Source of the DNA: Macrostomum lignano
Lineage: Eukaryota
Reading direction: 5' to 3'
Assembly (NCBI GenBank): GCA_002269645.1
Contig: NIVC01000938.1
Location: 1 to 64,000 of the forward strand
Length of the DNA stretch: 64,000 bases
The position numbers were made by a program, and so were the translations under genes. Below the pieces are notes generated by a model. That model had not been told where the DNA came from. It was given only the letters and a program-made list of their open reading frames with translations, and searched no databases. Below, one piece after another: positions 1 to 26,509 of the stretch (position 1 is its first letter; each line of letters starts with the position of its first letter).

Positions 1-13
1 GACCGCAGTAGAA

Positions 14-3000
14 ATGGTAGCGCTATCATCGCATGCTGATATGGCCGTTGATGATTCTTCTATGCTACCACCTGCAGTACAGCGTTTTCTAGGCAACTAC
101 CGACGCCGCCTATCAAATGTGGCCGTCGATCGTTTAGAAGCGTCGCCCGGCGTCGCTTTCGATGGCAAACCGTGTCTCGCCGATGCCTTCATTCCGCCGA
201 TGCTACAGCCATCGCCCCCGGCCAGGCTGACGCCTAGCAGGCCTTGCGTCATTCTTGGTCCGGCCGGCAGTGGCAAGTCGCACCTGGCTGCCCGACTGCT
301 CTACTGGCACTCACAGTCCGGACCTGATAATGGACATCGGGATTTGCAAACGCTCGGCAAGCTGATTGAGGGTTTCAATCTTGTGCTACACTTTGACTGC
401 GCCTCCCGCCGTCAGAGTTAGTAGCCATTTGTTTAATGGCAACGACAACTGCTGCGAAGTTGAGCAGCTTCTACGACTATCTTTGAGGGGCCTGTCAACC
501 GGCTATGGCGAGGAAGACGATCCCGAAGCACTCGACATTGCTGCCGCGTCAGCTGGGCTCGCAACAATCCTGACCGAGTGCTGGCAATCGTGGATTGCGC
601 TGACGCTGTCCAGCTCCCTGCAGCCTGGGTGAAGTCCTGCTTCAGTGCCACCTGGCGACCCGCTGTTTTAGCCTTCGCTAGACGCAAATAGTCAGTTGCC
701 GTTGTGTGTTTCGAATCCCGTCTTGTATCACCTGCTGCTGTGGAATGACGCTCAGATGAGTCGCTACATCAGCATCGCAGCAAAGTCCGCCCTGCCCGAC
801 AGCGAAGCCGAGCTTCAAGGTCACTTCCTCTCTGCTGTTGACGAGGTTGTGAAAAACTGCAACGGTGCTAACGGATTTCTCAACCGGCCGGGCAATCTAG
901 CACTTCTCGTGACGCTGTACCATCTCGATCCGGCGCGATTCGTCTCTGGGCCGGCTCCGCGTCGACGACTTACCTTTACGACCGCCTGTTCCACTGCCTA
1001 TTCGCTGAGGCGCCATCTGCTGCGGCGGCTGCAGCCGAGGCAGTCAATTGCGACGACGGGGACGACGTTGTAGTCGGAGCCGGAAGCTGCCGCAGACTTT
1101 GCCGACTTGAATCTCGTAGTCAGCGGCGCTCGTCTAGCTGCCTTTCTGACCGCCAAGCGGCTCTGCCTCCGCTGCCTAAAGGCCGCCTCAGAGGCTCAGC
1201 TTGGCAACGATGCGGCGAGCGTCGCCGTCATGGACAGCCTGGCCGATGTGTGGCGTCGCGCGATCGGTGACGATTCCGAGAGCGATGTTGCGGCAACTGA
1301 CGCGGTTGGACCCACAGGAACTGCGCGCACTGTCCTAATAGACATTGCCGAGCTGTTGGGCTCCATGGCAGATGACTGGCTGCTTGAGTCGGCAAGTCGA
1401 CTTAGTGAGATCGTCAGTAAAACGGAACGCGAACGATGTCAGAGTTTGTGGCACATTTTGAGTGGTCAGCGACATTGTAGACTGCAGAAGCAGAACAGGA
1501 CTCACTGGCTCGCTGGCTGGACTGAGATTACTAATGTTGAACTGACGTCATCAGTAGAGCATTCATCAAAGTCACTTACCGAGCAATCTATGGATGTCAC
1601 TCCAAAAAGTCATCGACTGAGCAGCATCTGTCTGGACTTTGAAACCCTGCAGTGCCACATCGGGTTAAGAACTTCCTTCGACAGAAAACGGTCGATTGAG
1701 TATCGATAATGAAAGAAGTTCCGACGAAGACTACGCTAGGGAAGCCTGTAGGAATACCACAGTCAGCTCGTTTGACAATCTGGCAGCCGCTTTGGAGCCT
1801 TGGAAACGGCATGGCAACCTAGCACCACTAGACTGTTTAGCGGTTCGACTGGGCTCTGGCGAGATTTCAATTAACGCGACCGCTACCAGCGGTCTAGAGG
1901 TTCTGAATAAGATCGATAGATTAAGCGAGTTGCGAGTTCACTGTTCGACTAAGCTGGCGTCAAAGTCGGCGGTAGCAGCGGCAGTAGTGCGAGCGGCCGA
2001 GCGCAACGCCAATCAGCTTCGTCGACTTTGCCTCTCGGGTCGGTGGCTGCTGTTGCTCGCTCGGACTGCTCAGCCAACGGCCTGGCCCGCGCGCTAGCTC
2101 GCCTGCCCAATGTCTGCTGCTTCGGCTTGGACGGAGACTCTAAGCAGCCGTTGATGCTAACGTCGGACAACTTGGCCAGCTTGGTCAAATTTATCTCTAG
2201 CACTGCGTGGCATCAGCGACTTCTTCAGCTGGACATTCACTTAGATGGCTTTTCTTACCAAGCTGACGAGAATTATTGTGATTACGATGGGCGAGTGGTA
2301 AGTTTGGGTGACTTACCTGTCTTCTTATGCTGTACCACCCAATGCCAACTTATATCAGCATTAAGATTTGCTTTTGCATAGCGCAAAATCGATAAAATCT
2401 GTCAATCGAGAGTAGAACTTTGATTGATTTGGATGTATTCTGTATTTAATAAAAATGTGGCCTGATAAACTTTTGAGTGCATATCTCAGACAAAACTCAA
2501 ACACTCAGCAACCTTGGGTGGGCTGCTGTCAAGAGTAGTGTCGATCGATGGTTTCGCCTCTTGGTTTTGGGTCATACACGAATGAGAAAGAAAAAGGGCA
2601 GGAAAGTACAGTCCGATATCTGGTGCCGCAGATGTCACAGGAATCATGGATCAAGATTGAAACAAAAGCTAGACATGAAAAACCTCAAATCAAAAGCTTA
2701 TCAATCTCCAACTAGTTCAAATAGGTCGACTAGTTTAAGTGAATACGAGCTAGCTCGTACTTGGTTTGAGTGAACTGTTTGCTAAATTTGACTAATGTGA
2801 CAAAGATTCAAACATGCAACTACGAGTATTATTCAGCGTAACATGGCTGTTCATACGAGTATGAAAACCAAACTGATTTATAGCGAAGCACGTCCGTTCA
2901 ATATTGTCAGCACCGGTCAATCCATGAGCCGACATCGTCCGTGGCTGCACGACTTTTGACCGCCCTGACTCCAACGTTGCCGGCGCTGTGTCGATTGCGC

Positions 3001-4435
3001 TTTCGTTGCTGCAGCCTGACCACTGAAGCGGTTGACGCCGAATTGTCTGCAGGCGTCATTTGCATTGCCGACCTCCTGGACTCCGGCTGCCTTGAGAGGT
3101 TGACCAGCTTTGGTATTATTGTGACCGGCGAGTCGCGTCAGGGTGACTGTCTTCAACAGGTAAAGTGAAATCAGTATATGTTATTAATAAGCAATTCCTG
3201 TATTAACCAACTTTAATAGTTCGTTGCTAAATGTAATTAGAAACACAGGACCTCCACTTTTAAGAACTGGAAAAGCATGAAAGAAAGGCGGCTAAAAAAA
3301 TCGAAAAACCTGATCTTTTCTCACCTTCTTCGTACACGACTTGAACTCATTAACAGATCTTGGTGGTTCTTTATTTTTTCAACATCAAACAGATTTGAGA
3401 AATCTCTTAAAGAAGTCACTGCATCAAAAAGCAGTAAAACCAGTCGAAAACACTTCCTTTATTAAATTCATACCGACATGTATATCCTTAGACATTTTTC
3501 TGTGTTTTTAACTAAATCTATTAATTTAGTTGGCTCTGATGGATGCTAATCGCATGCCTATTTTCTTTCATGAAACCCAAACTAATGTCTGGTTGCTTAC
3601 GGAAAAGAACCCGGATGCTTTGACGCAGCCTAGTGGTTAGAGTGGGATTGTAGCCTTGGTGGTTAGAGCGTCGGACTCATTACTTGAAGGTCGGGGGTTC
3701 GATTCTTTTTCCACTCGAAACAATTTTGTGTCCTTGAGAAAGACACTTAACTCTGCATTGCTTCAGTTCACCCAGCTGTAAAATGGGTGCCAGCATTAGC
3801 TGGGGTAATTGAGGGTGTGCGTGGCGACCCCCCAGTCCTTGGACTGAACAGCCGTACGCGGCCTTCAGATGCGCCGCGCAATAGCTGCAGCTGAGCTGTC
3901 GGTTGCATATCTGGCCCAATTGGGGCAGGTGTAAGCAATTATTATCATCATTATTATTTGGTGCAGAGTCGAACGAGTCAACCGCTGAGCTAAATCTGTC
4001 CCCACCGCCTCAACTATGCAGGCTTGCCTGCTGCTGCTCATCTGCGAACGCCTAACTAGCTTCGGTTTCGCCTGCGGAACTCTCGGGGCAGCCGCCGATG
4101 CGGATGCGGTGGCCGATGATGCGTCACACGTCGCGTTGCTAATCCAGGCGGCCCTCTGCGCTCCTGACTGTCTGCAGCAAGTGCATCTGCAGCTTGGCGA
4201 CGTGCCCGAAGGTCGGATACGCTGGCTGGCTCGCTGGTTGTCCACCGCGACAATAACGCCGACTATTTTTAGTAGCAGTGATCGGCGTCGAGGAATCCCA
4301 TGTTCAAGAAAGCGACTTCGCATTGGCGGCCGAGTGACCGGCGTCGGGGCGATGAAGGCGGCTGAAGCCTTGAAGCAGCAGCTTTTTCGGCGCGGATTTT
4401 TAAGCAACGGCTGCGTTGAATTGGACCTGCGTTGA
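14..4435 (+). pseudogene. NACHT-type P-loop NTPase (NLR-like) locus, fragmented by frameshifts/stops
   Basis: ORF 14-421 has VILGPAGSGKSHLAARLLYW (Walker A) followed by FNLVLHFDC, matching the NACHT 'FDLVFxxxC' strand. Successive ORFs (366-632, 696-1073, 1107-1709, 1696-2097, 2028-2381, 2941-3168, 4016-4435) lie in different frames on the same strand. The C-terminal ones are Leu/Cys-rich and LRR-like (LRRLCLSG, LLQLDIHL; ERLTSFG occurs twice). A donor CAG|GTAAAG is present at about 3160. Confidence 0.55.
3644..3958 (+). mobile_element. tRNA-derived CORE-like SINE
   Basis: A box TGGTTAGAGCG and B box GGTTCGATTC, then GTGTCCTTGAGAAAGACACTTAAC...CTGTAAAATGGG (resembles the MIR/CORE domain), ending in an (ATT)n tail. 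A second copy lies at about 15145-15392. Confidence 0.8.
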
Positions 4436-4685
4436 GGAAAAGGCTGGTTGAATTGAGAGCCAATCTACGCACGTACTGTTACGCAAGAACTGCAAGTGTC
4501 ATGGACAGCTAAAGTTGAAGGACTTTATCTGCATGCACTCGCTAATTGGTAAAATCTCGCTTTTCCTAGATAGGCTTTTTGTTGTTTAGCATTATGTTAG
4601 ATAAAATTGCCAAAAATTCGCTCACCTTTTGAAACGTCGAAGTGCCAATGCTGCAAAAATTGTCAAAAAAGTTTCGAAACCTCAC

Positions 4686-5048
4686 CTGGACTAGCTATAG
4701 CAAAAATGTGCGTTGTCTCCAATTTAGGTTGATCTAAAAGTTACTTTCTTCAAAGAACATTCCCACATTATTACAGACGTTGTTCCTAGGCCTTCGGTGC
4801 GTTTATTTTCGACTGTTCCCTAATTTTTCGAGTTGCGCGAAATAAATTATTCGCAGACTTTCTCCTTTTGAATAGCCTTTAAGGGGTTGTAACATGGAAG
4901 AAATTAGAAGAAAGTCGAAAATAACGCACCAAAGACCTAGGAACAACGTCTGCAATAATGGGGGAATGTTCTTTCGAGAGAAAATGTACTTTTGGATCAA
5001 CCTTATTTGGAGATAACGCACATTTTTAATATAGCTTCAAAAGTCCAG
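4686..5048. mobile_element. Hairpin/foldback MITE-like element
   Basis: 4686-4830 is an imperfect reverse complement of 4900-5048 (CTGGAC...GAACATTCCC...CAGACGTTGTTCCTAGG vs CCTAGGAACAACGTCTG...GGGAATGTTC...GTCCAG). Confidence 0.65.
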
Positions 5049-6563
5049 AAGCCCGGGGTCAAAAAATGGTCCGAATGACGTCCTGAAATCAGAGTCCTCT
5101 GGTACTACGCATTATGTACAAATGCGTACCACTACACTATACTACTGTTGTAAGTAGCAAAATTAGCTATAGAAATGAAGGGGTCATTTTTGAAAGTACA
5201 TGTCAGTTTAAAACGGACTATCAAAGTGATTTCAATATGTGTATAATATTCAGAAATAAACCCTAAACTAAGCGAAATCTCGACATATTATCAGAATTAC
5301 AGCGATCAAAACTAATTTTAAAAAATTAGCTCGGATCTTAACAACGGACGATAGTAGACTGAAAACGGACCCACAAAAGTCCATCAGTAATAAATTTTCT
5401 AACCATTTTGGTAACTGCAATTTGATCTTTTGCAGTGGTTTGACGTGAAAATTCGTGCTTTTTCTCCAAAAGCTGACGCGACCCTGTCTAAGCTAATGTC
5501 TTACTTTTATCACAAATATAAATTTATAACGGACTTTAGCTGCCATTAGGAAGTATTTGCCCACATGAAATATTTCCACATTTACTAGCTGTACAATTTA
5601 CAAGTACCTTCATCCTTGTACCATTTTCCGATTTTCCCCATTCTTCATCAAATCTAAATGCTGAAATTTTATCTTCCATATTAAAATTTACAAAGTAGCT
5701 TACTTAGTTTAGTAGCCATTAAAGTTATTTTTTAATTTCCATAAGTTTATTATAATAAACAATATCAATACACGAGCGTACTAATAAGTTTATGAAACTA
5801 AGTAATTAAAACGAAAGCTATGTGTTTCTTAGAAAAAATTTATACAGTTTTTGTTGCGAGTGGGGACTTTTTTCGACGCTACAAACTACAATAGAGATGG
5901 CCTTTTATTATTAGAAACAGATCGAAAGCTAATTTTTAATATAACAGACCTGTCTGATCGATCCATTGATTTTTTGGAAAGTTTTTTTTGTAAAAAGAAT
6001 TGAGATTATTTATTTACTTTTGTTATATTTCATTTATGCGATACTCGAGTGTACACTATTTGTTAATTTATCATGTCTGTCCCTATGTCGAAAATGTTAA
6101 AATGGCAGGGTGGCTCTCTATTTCGCTTTCATACAGCAGCTAGTTATTCTTGAATTTTTATAAATTGTTTTTCAACTTTACCAGAAGTCCATATTATTGT
6201 TGAACAAATAAGACTATTTCTATACTTTAAATCTTGAAGGTTTTAATTCACTATTCATAAAAATGAGAGGATTTGCATAAGTCCTCTTATTTACTATATG
6301 CAAAAGCATATAGTAAATAAGAGATATCACTTCTAGTTCGTGTAACATCCAGTCGTGTAGTGTATAGTGAATTAAATGTGTACACTTAATTGGTTATGAT
6401 TATTGCTTGTAAAAGTTTCAGCTGGCAATGATCCACTTCTGTTGAATAATTTGTTCAATTGATTAAAAAAAAGACCTTAACGATCGCAGCACCCTTTACA
6501 TGCATATGACTTTTTGATTTTATTCGAAACATAATAAGTTTCAGAGTCTCATTGTGCATTTAT

Positions 6564-7616
6564 TCAAGGTGACGCGTCTTTCAGCTCATCGCCCCTGTCA
6601 ACATTGAGTTTCATGCTTTCGCTAATTCCCTGATCAGCGGTGACCTGACTGACTGAAGCTGCCATAGAAAATTGCCCGGCAAAATGCTGTTGCAGAACTG
6701 GCAGCGGAGGCAGGACACCCAGGCGAGAGCAGAGGGCCAGGTAACTGCTAATTGCTAACGTCTGCTGCATCAACAGCTCAGATGTTGATGAACAATTCTG
6801 AGATGGCGGCGGTGGCAGCGGCGGCAGCGGTAGTGGAGGTGGCAGTTGCGGCGGTGGTGGCGGCGGTGGCGGCGGCGGCGGCTGTGTCGGTGCCAGTTGA
6901 GCAGCCGAAGGCGCCGAAGACGAGTCTTCTCGACGTCTTTTGCTTCCAGCTCGGCGACCAACTCTGACTACTGTTTTGGCAAATTGAAATGGTGAGTAGT
7001 GTGATTAGTGTATGAAACATTATTCTAAAACATTATAACTTCTCAGAATATAATAATATAATAGTAGGTAAATTCGATGGTCAGTGTCCATCATTATTGG
7101 TCACTTATGTTGTAACTCCATGTCTCTTGATGAAGCGCATTGGAACTTAAACCCGAGGCAGTGTCTGCCTACTATATATATTAACTAGGGTGTTCATTAG
7201 CAAAACAAATACCTTCAGCAAAATCGTCTCCATTGGCCTGTGAGCTCCCGTTCTCTGAGCAGTTGGCCGACAATTCCTGATTTCGAATTCGTCGACTTTT
7301 AGCTCGTCGATTTTGAAACCAAACCTGAAAATTCACAATAGTCAAGCGAGTCGCGGTCTATAATCGAATCCTATAGACGCGCTTGATATCAACAGTACTC
7401 CAAATTTACCTGAACTCGCGACTCGGACAGGCCGAGCACCCGGGCCAGTTCCTCGCGATCCGCCGAGTCTGGATACCGGCTTCGCTTGAAGGCGGACTCC
7501 AGCTGGGTCAGCTGCCCGGCCGAGAAGTTCGTCCGGCTGCGTCGCTGCTCGACGGAGGCGTCGGACTTTGAGCATTGGACAACGGGGTGCTCGTCGGGCA
7601 CTGGGAGCTGCTGCAT
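6564..7616 (-). CDS. Paired-like Q50 homeobox protein, Shox-like; exons 7410-7616, 7213-7324, 6564-6970
   Basis: [46 protein letters not shown]|[12 protein letters not shown], with a GT-AG intron (7325-7409) at the classic PRD-class codon 46/47 position. A phase-1 second intron joins in frame to a poly-Pro last exon ending ...KDASP*. The start codon is uncertain. Confidence 0.9.
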
Positions 7617-8634
7617 CTTCCTGGTCTGTTGTTCAGCTTCTCTCCCGTCAGCTTCCCTGTCTAAGCTGAGCTGTAATTATTTCACTCACTTTTCTCCGCA
7701 GCCATCGCACGGTATTTTAGCCGCCCACAGCGGGGTTGGGGTGTCAGTTTTGTTCGGCGAGGAATTTCTTGCCGAACTCGACTAGGCACCTCTCGTCTCC
7801 TGTTTCCCTCTCTCTCTTTTTCTCTCGCCCTCCGCCTCTTGCCTCCTTGAGCTGAGGCTGCAGCTCTGCTCTAATTAATTGACTCCCCGCGTGCCCTCCT
7901 CCCGCTTCAGCAGAAAATTGTGAGCACAGTTATCCCCTTCCAACTCTTTTCCCTTCATCCAGCTCTCAAATCCCTTCGGTTCCTTGAATCTCGAGGCCTC
8001 GAGGCGCGAATCGGTGGGAAGAGAAAAGAGGGGGGCAGGGGATCTGGGAAGAAAGAGCAAAGAGCGGAGGCGAGGTGGTCGCTGTCTGGGCCGGACAAGT
8101 CATGCTCAGACAGAGGCGGCCTGCCCGCTCACGGACTGCAACTCTAGGGAGTGGCCCCCCTACGAGAGCGCATATATTCCTGTCGTTATCTCTGCTCCTC
8201 CCTTTCAATCTCATCCCGAATCTGGCCGGGACTAGTGGGGTGTATTGATTTAGCTGAGTGCTCTCTGGCACAGCAGCAATGCAATTTCATGGCGCACGGA
8301 TTATAAGAGGCCGCCTCCTCGCGCCGTCAATGTTTTAGGGTTAATTAATAAACGATTGAAAAAATGAATCAGTGAAACGCGATTGTCTGATGAGGAAGGA
8401 TGTGATTTAATCAAATGGGGACTATTATACTTAAAAGACTGTTTCATTAGATATTCAGATACGCTATTAGATAGATATTAGATAGGAGCTGGAACAACAA
8501 TCACCGTGGGATCGAGTTTAGACGTTCAGTTTTTCTAAGTAGAGTAAATATTGGTTTTCGTTGAGTTACTGTCAGTAATCAGTACGTTTCTTAAGGAATA
8601 GACTCAATTTTAAGTTGTTTTATTACGCTCGTAT

Positions 8635-22473
<13,839 letters not shown>

Positions 22474-22783
22474 CGCTCTTCACTTGCCAACAGTACTCGC
22501 TAGCTTTTAAAGAAGCCCAACTCAAACTTTTCTACAAGACTAGAGCTAATATCATTTATTTGAAAATTGTTTACGCCGTAAAATATGCGAAGTTTGCAAA
22601 TGAATATGATTGCCATAGACGCTAACGTATGGTCTACTCATGTTTAGTGCATTTAGATTATCGCAGAAGCATGTAATGCAATTAAATGTTTATTGCCTGC
22701 TCATGTGTCAATTTATTTTAAAGCCACTTAACTAACCAAAATTTACTTCTGACTTGTTCTGATGGATGCTGACTGAGATATTT

Positions 22784-23361
22784 TTCCATCAGGTTGACTG
22801 CTTTCTGTTACTAGTGTTCCATCATGTTGACTGCTTTCTGTTACTAGTGTTCCATCATGTTGACTGCTTTCTGTTACTAGTGTTCCATCATGTTGACTGC
22901 TTTCTGTTACTAGTGTTCCATCATGTTGACTGCTTTCTGTTACTAGTGTTCCATCATGTTGACTGCTATCTGTTACTAGTGTTCCATCATGTTGACTGCT
23001 ATCTGTTACTAGTGTTCCATCATGTTGACTGCTATCTGTTACTAGTGTTCCATCATGTTGACTGCTATCTGTTACTAGTGTTCCATCATGTTGACTGCTT
23101 TCTGTTACTAGTGTTCCATCATGTTGACTGCTTTCTGTTACTAGTGTTCCATCATGTTGACTGCTATCTGTTACTAGTGTTCCATCATGTTGACTGCTTT
23201 CTGTTACTAGTGTTCCATCATGTTGACTGCTTTCTGTTACTAGTGTTCCATCATGTTGACTGCTATCTGTTACTAGTGTTCCATCATGTTGACTGCTATC
23301 TGTTACTAGTGTTCCATCATGTTGACTGCTATCTGTTACTAGTGTTCCATCATGTTGACTG
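22784..23361. repeat. 33-bp minisatellite, ~17.5 copies
   Basis: Unit TTCCATCATGTTGACTGCT(T/A)TCTGTTACTAGTG with a single variable position. Confidence 0.97.
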
Positions 23362-23782
23362 AGATCTAGTTATTCTAGTATCTTTGGCTAATTCTGTACA
23401 TACACAAGCTTTCAAAAAAATTAGGGGCCACGGCAAGGGGCCCAGGGCCCCGCCTCAATCGCCAAAAAGATCGCAGCATTGAATAAAAGCCCAAAATTTG
23501 CCACCTTGGTCGTCGTCGCAACTCACGTAAAATAAAAGCAAGTAAAACAAAAATAAAATAAAAGTAAAACAAGTAAAATAGAGTAAAATGGAGTAAAATA
23601 AAAAGCAAAAAATTTTTGGTCTGCGGTCAATTTGGCACCTCTGAATGCTTATAGACACCTTTTTGTTTATTTTTTTAAATTCAAAACTGTATCCTGAACT
23701 TGCCGTATCGACAGGCAGCTCTGTATACCTCTAAGTATTTTTTGAGGCGCGTGATTAGAGATCAACAGCAGTCTTGATCGCT

Positions 23783-24573
23783 TCAAACAAAGCTGTTCGC
23801 CACATCGGTGATAATTTTAATTAATTCATTGAATGCAGCAAGTTGCATGGCGTGGATCTCGTATTTATAGTAATCTCTGTTCTTTGGCACAAGCTCCGCT
23901 TTGATGTGGGCGTTCATAATTATAATGTCCACATTGTTGTTAAAGGTGTTGACTACTTTAAGCGACGTTTTCAGTTCCCCAGTCGAGGGAAAAGTCACGG
24001 TCCTGAAATTAAAGATTGGAGGAGTAACCAATATAACCACGATGATTTCTTGGAAAAATGAGAAACACAAATCAAAATTTACATGTCCGTCCAAAATCCA
24101 CCGGCCAATTGAATGATCTCAAGCGCTTCTCTCATATCCCAAGGATAGTTATTAATGACTGAGGACAGCATGGAGATGGGGATATTCGCATGGTTGACTG
24201 CCCTGTCTCGCCTCAGCCAAGACTTGATGAGGCAGTTGTTGCAGATAACACCGGGGGGCACTGTCACCTTGTTTGAGTTGACCAGGTCTAGCAGTAGGCT
24301 CCGAGTGCTCACTTCGCCCGATGCAACTGGTGGAGTACATGCAGATACAAATTACATGTACGCCAATCATCGTTAGAATGCTCATTCGAAATGTACGTTA
24401 GAATGTGCATTACAGTATTTTTGCTGAGGTTACATCATGTAGAGTTGTGATACGTTGATTCAAAACACAAGAACAGACTCACAATTCAGGACACTTTCTT
24501 CGAAGGAAACCACAGTACCGCTCACTCCAGCCAGGATGACCAAGAGTAGAGTGCTGTTGTATCCAAGCGACAT
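23783..24573 (-). CDS. Uncharacterised predicted secreted protein, paralog A
   Basis: The 5' exon reads MSLGYNSTLLLVILAGVSGTVVSFEESVLN (signal-peptide-like). The middle exon is STRSLLLDLVN..CNNCLIKSWLRRDR. Intron 24003-24081 (phase 2) joins to the last exon ..GELK..KAELVPKNRDYY..IITDVANSFV*. It is clearly homologous to paralog B. The exon 1-2 junction is unresolved. Confidence 0.7.
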
Positions 24574-25479
24574 GGCTGCTTCAAAAATTATCGGAATAAA
24601 ATTGTTAAAATATTTTAACTGTTTGAGAGCTGCATATATATTTCATTTAATTTTGCCTTGTCCAACACAGATTTATAGTAGACAAAGTTCCCAGGAAAAT
24701 TGTTAGGCCTGACAACAAAGGAGATGCGATATGAGAAACGCACAGCTGAGCTGATACGAGCGATTAATAGGACCAAAATTCAAACAAATTTTATCGCTTG
24801 TAGACTGAAAATCGATCGAATGTTTGACAGCCGATGACAAGCCAGTGTATGCAAATGAAACATTGCTGCACTATACACTCGAATATAAAGTGAAGAGTCA
24901 GTCACACATGCTGGCAGTAAATTTCTTGAAAATTTACCAAGTAGAAGCAACAAAATAGTGACAAAAATAAATCAACCGCTAGTGAGCATTCATGACTTGT
25001 ACTTCTTGTTCTGCAGTTGCGTACATGCAGTAATTATGACACGTTTATGTTTAGTGAAGATAATTTGATTGTCATTAACTTGGTAAATGCAAGAAATTTC
25101 CTGCGTGACAATGTAGAAATTTGCGGGCTCTATGTTAGGGATAGGCTGGGTGTTGGAGCTGAGCAGAATGTCTATGGTAGAAGAGTGTTTCTGATTCGTT
25201 GGTGGATCGAGAGTTGCACCATATCGAGAGTTGCACCATAGACTAAATTTAGGAAAGAGAGGGACAAGAAAATTTTTATTCAGTGTTTTGATGAGAGGAA
25301 CTCAATAAATCAATGTTCTTTTTTGAAAGCCATTCGGAGACTTAATTACCCTCTGTAAGCGAATTACTTCATGAGAATGTTGAACTTGGCTAATCTGTCG
25401 GATCAAATGGTATCCGGATTATCAATGAAGGAGCTGCTTTGGGTGACGTCCGAATCTGCAACTCGATGTCTGGAGGAAC

Positions 25480-25705
25480 TGAGTGGCGAGTTTGCTTAAA
25501 GATTGGAGACTGAAGAAATTTCGGACTTGAGTGAAGATGCGCCACAATAATCCCGGGTCTAGAGGAACTGAGTGGCGAGTTTGCTTAAAGATTGGAGACT
25601 GAAGAAATTTCGGACGAGTGGCGAGTTTGCTTAAAGATTGGAGACTGAAGAAATTTCGGACGAGTGGCGAGTTTGCTTAAAGATTGGAGACTGAAGAAAT
25701 TTCGA
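25480..25705. repeat. 46-bp direct repeat, 4 copies (partly tandem)
   Basis: GAGTGGCGAGTTTGCTTAAAGATTGGAGACTGAAGAAATTTCGGAC at about 25480, 25570, 25616 and 25662. Confidence 0.85.
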
Positions 25706-26101
25706 ACTTGAGTGAAGATGCGCCAAAATAATCCGGAGAGCGTAGAGCGCTACCCACGAGTGAGGCGCGATGCTGATTCGTTGCTTTTTGATAAAAAATA
25801 TACTTGTTTGTTACACTGCTTCGTGCTGAGCTGAGCAAAAAGTGGGAGTTATCATAGACTATGGAAACTTTGACACGAAATTTCATTCTTTGTCACCCTG
25901 AAAAGGGACACTTTTATGAAAATTTTATAACAATTTTGAAGCTTCTGTGGCCCAAAAGCTATGGAGCCATGCAGGTTTCTTTTAAACACAGTCGAATAGA
26001 ATGCTTTATTTAAAGGCAAGCATCGCTAAATACAGTCAGAAGCATTGAGAAGTTTCCACCCTCGCGCCAGCTTTGTATATTTAGAGTTTTAAAACTGGTT
26101 T

Positions 26102-26509
26102 TTGTCGCCAGACTTGTGCCATAGACGATTGGTGATTTCGTCAGCACGTACTTGTGTCATTGATGCTTCATGTGGTGGCGTGGGGAACAGCGTCCTACAA
26201 GATAACAACGCCCCACCGCATCGCGCAGCCGCTGTGGCGCATCTGAAGGAGCTGCTGCACCTGCGAACCTTGCGCTGGCCGTCCCGATCACCGGACATGA
26301 ATCCCATAGAGCACGTTTGGGATTACCTGAAGCGCTCGATTCGGCGCGACAATCCGCCGCAAAACGTTGCCCAACTGCGCGAATCACTGTCTACTGCATG
26401 GCAACAACTACCGCAAGATTTTCTGCGACGCCTGGTTCTGGGGATGCCCTCTGCTGCATCTGGAGTGAGCGCTCTGCTACACGCACGTGGCTGCTATACG
26501 CGTTACTGA
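26102..26509 (+). mobile_element. Tc1-family transposase C-terminal fragment (5'-truncated)
   Basis: VLQDNNAPPHRA..LRWPSRSPDMNPIEHVWDYLKR matches the Tc1 'QDNAPxH' and 'WPxxSPDLNPIENLW' motifs. A possible right terminus ...CTTCAGTGTA lies at about 26984. Confidence 0.85.

Noticed and set aside
1-2400. Bacterial contamination or horizontal transfer at window start (intronless P-loop ORFs)
   Set aside because: Composition matches the other exons, a spliceosomal donor and a SINE follow, and there is no operon-like structure.
3644-3720. tRNA gene
   Set aside because: A and B boxes are present but there is no complete acceptor stem; it continues into a SINE body shared with 15145-15392.
22766-23362. 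198-aa FHHVDCFLLLV ORF / CRISPR-like regular repeats
   Set aside because: A head-to-tail 33-bp array with no spacers and no cas genes; the ORF is a by-product of a stop-free unit divisible by 3.
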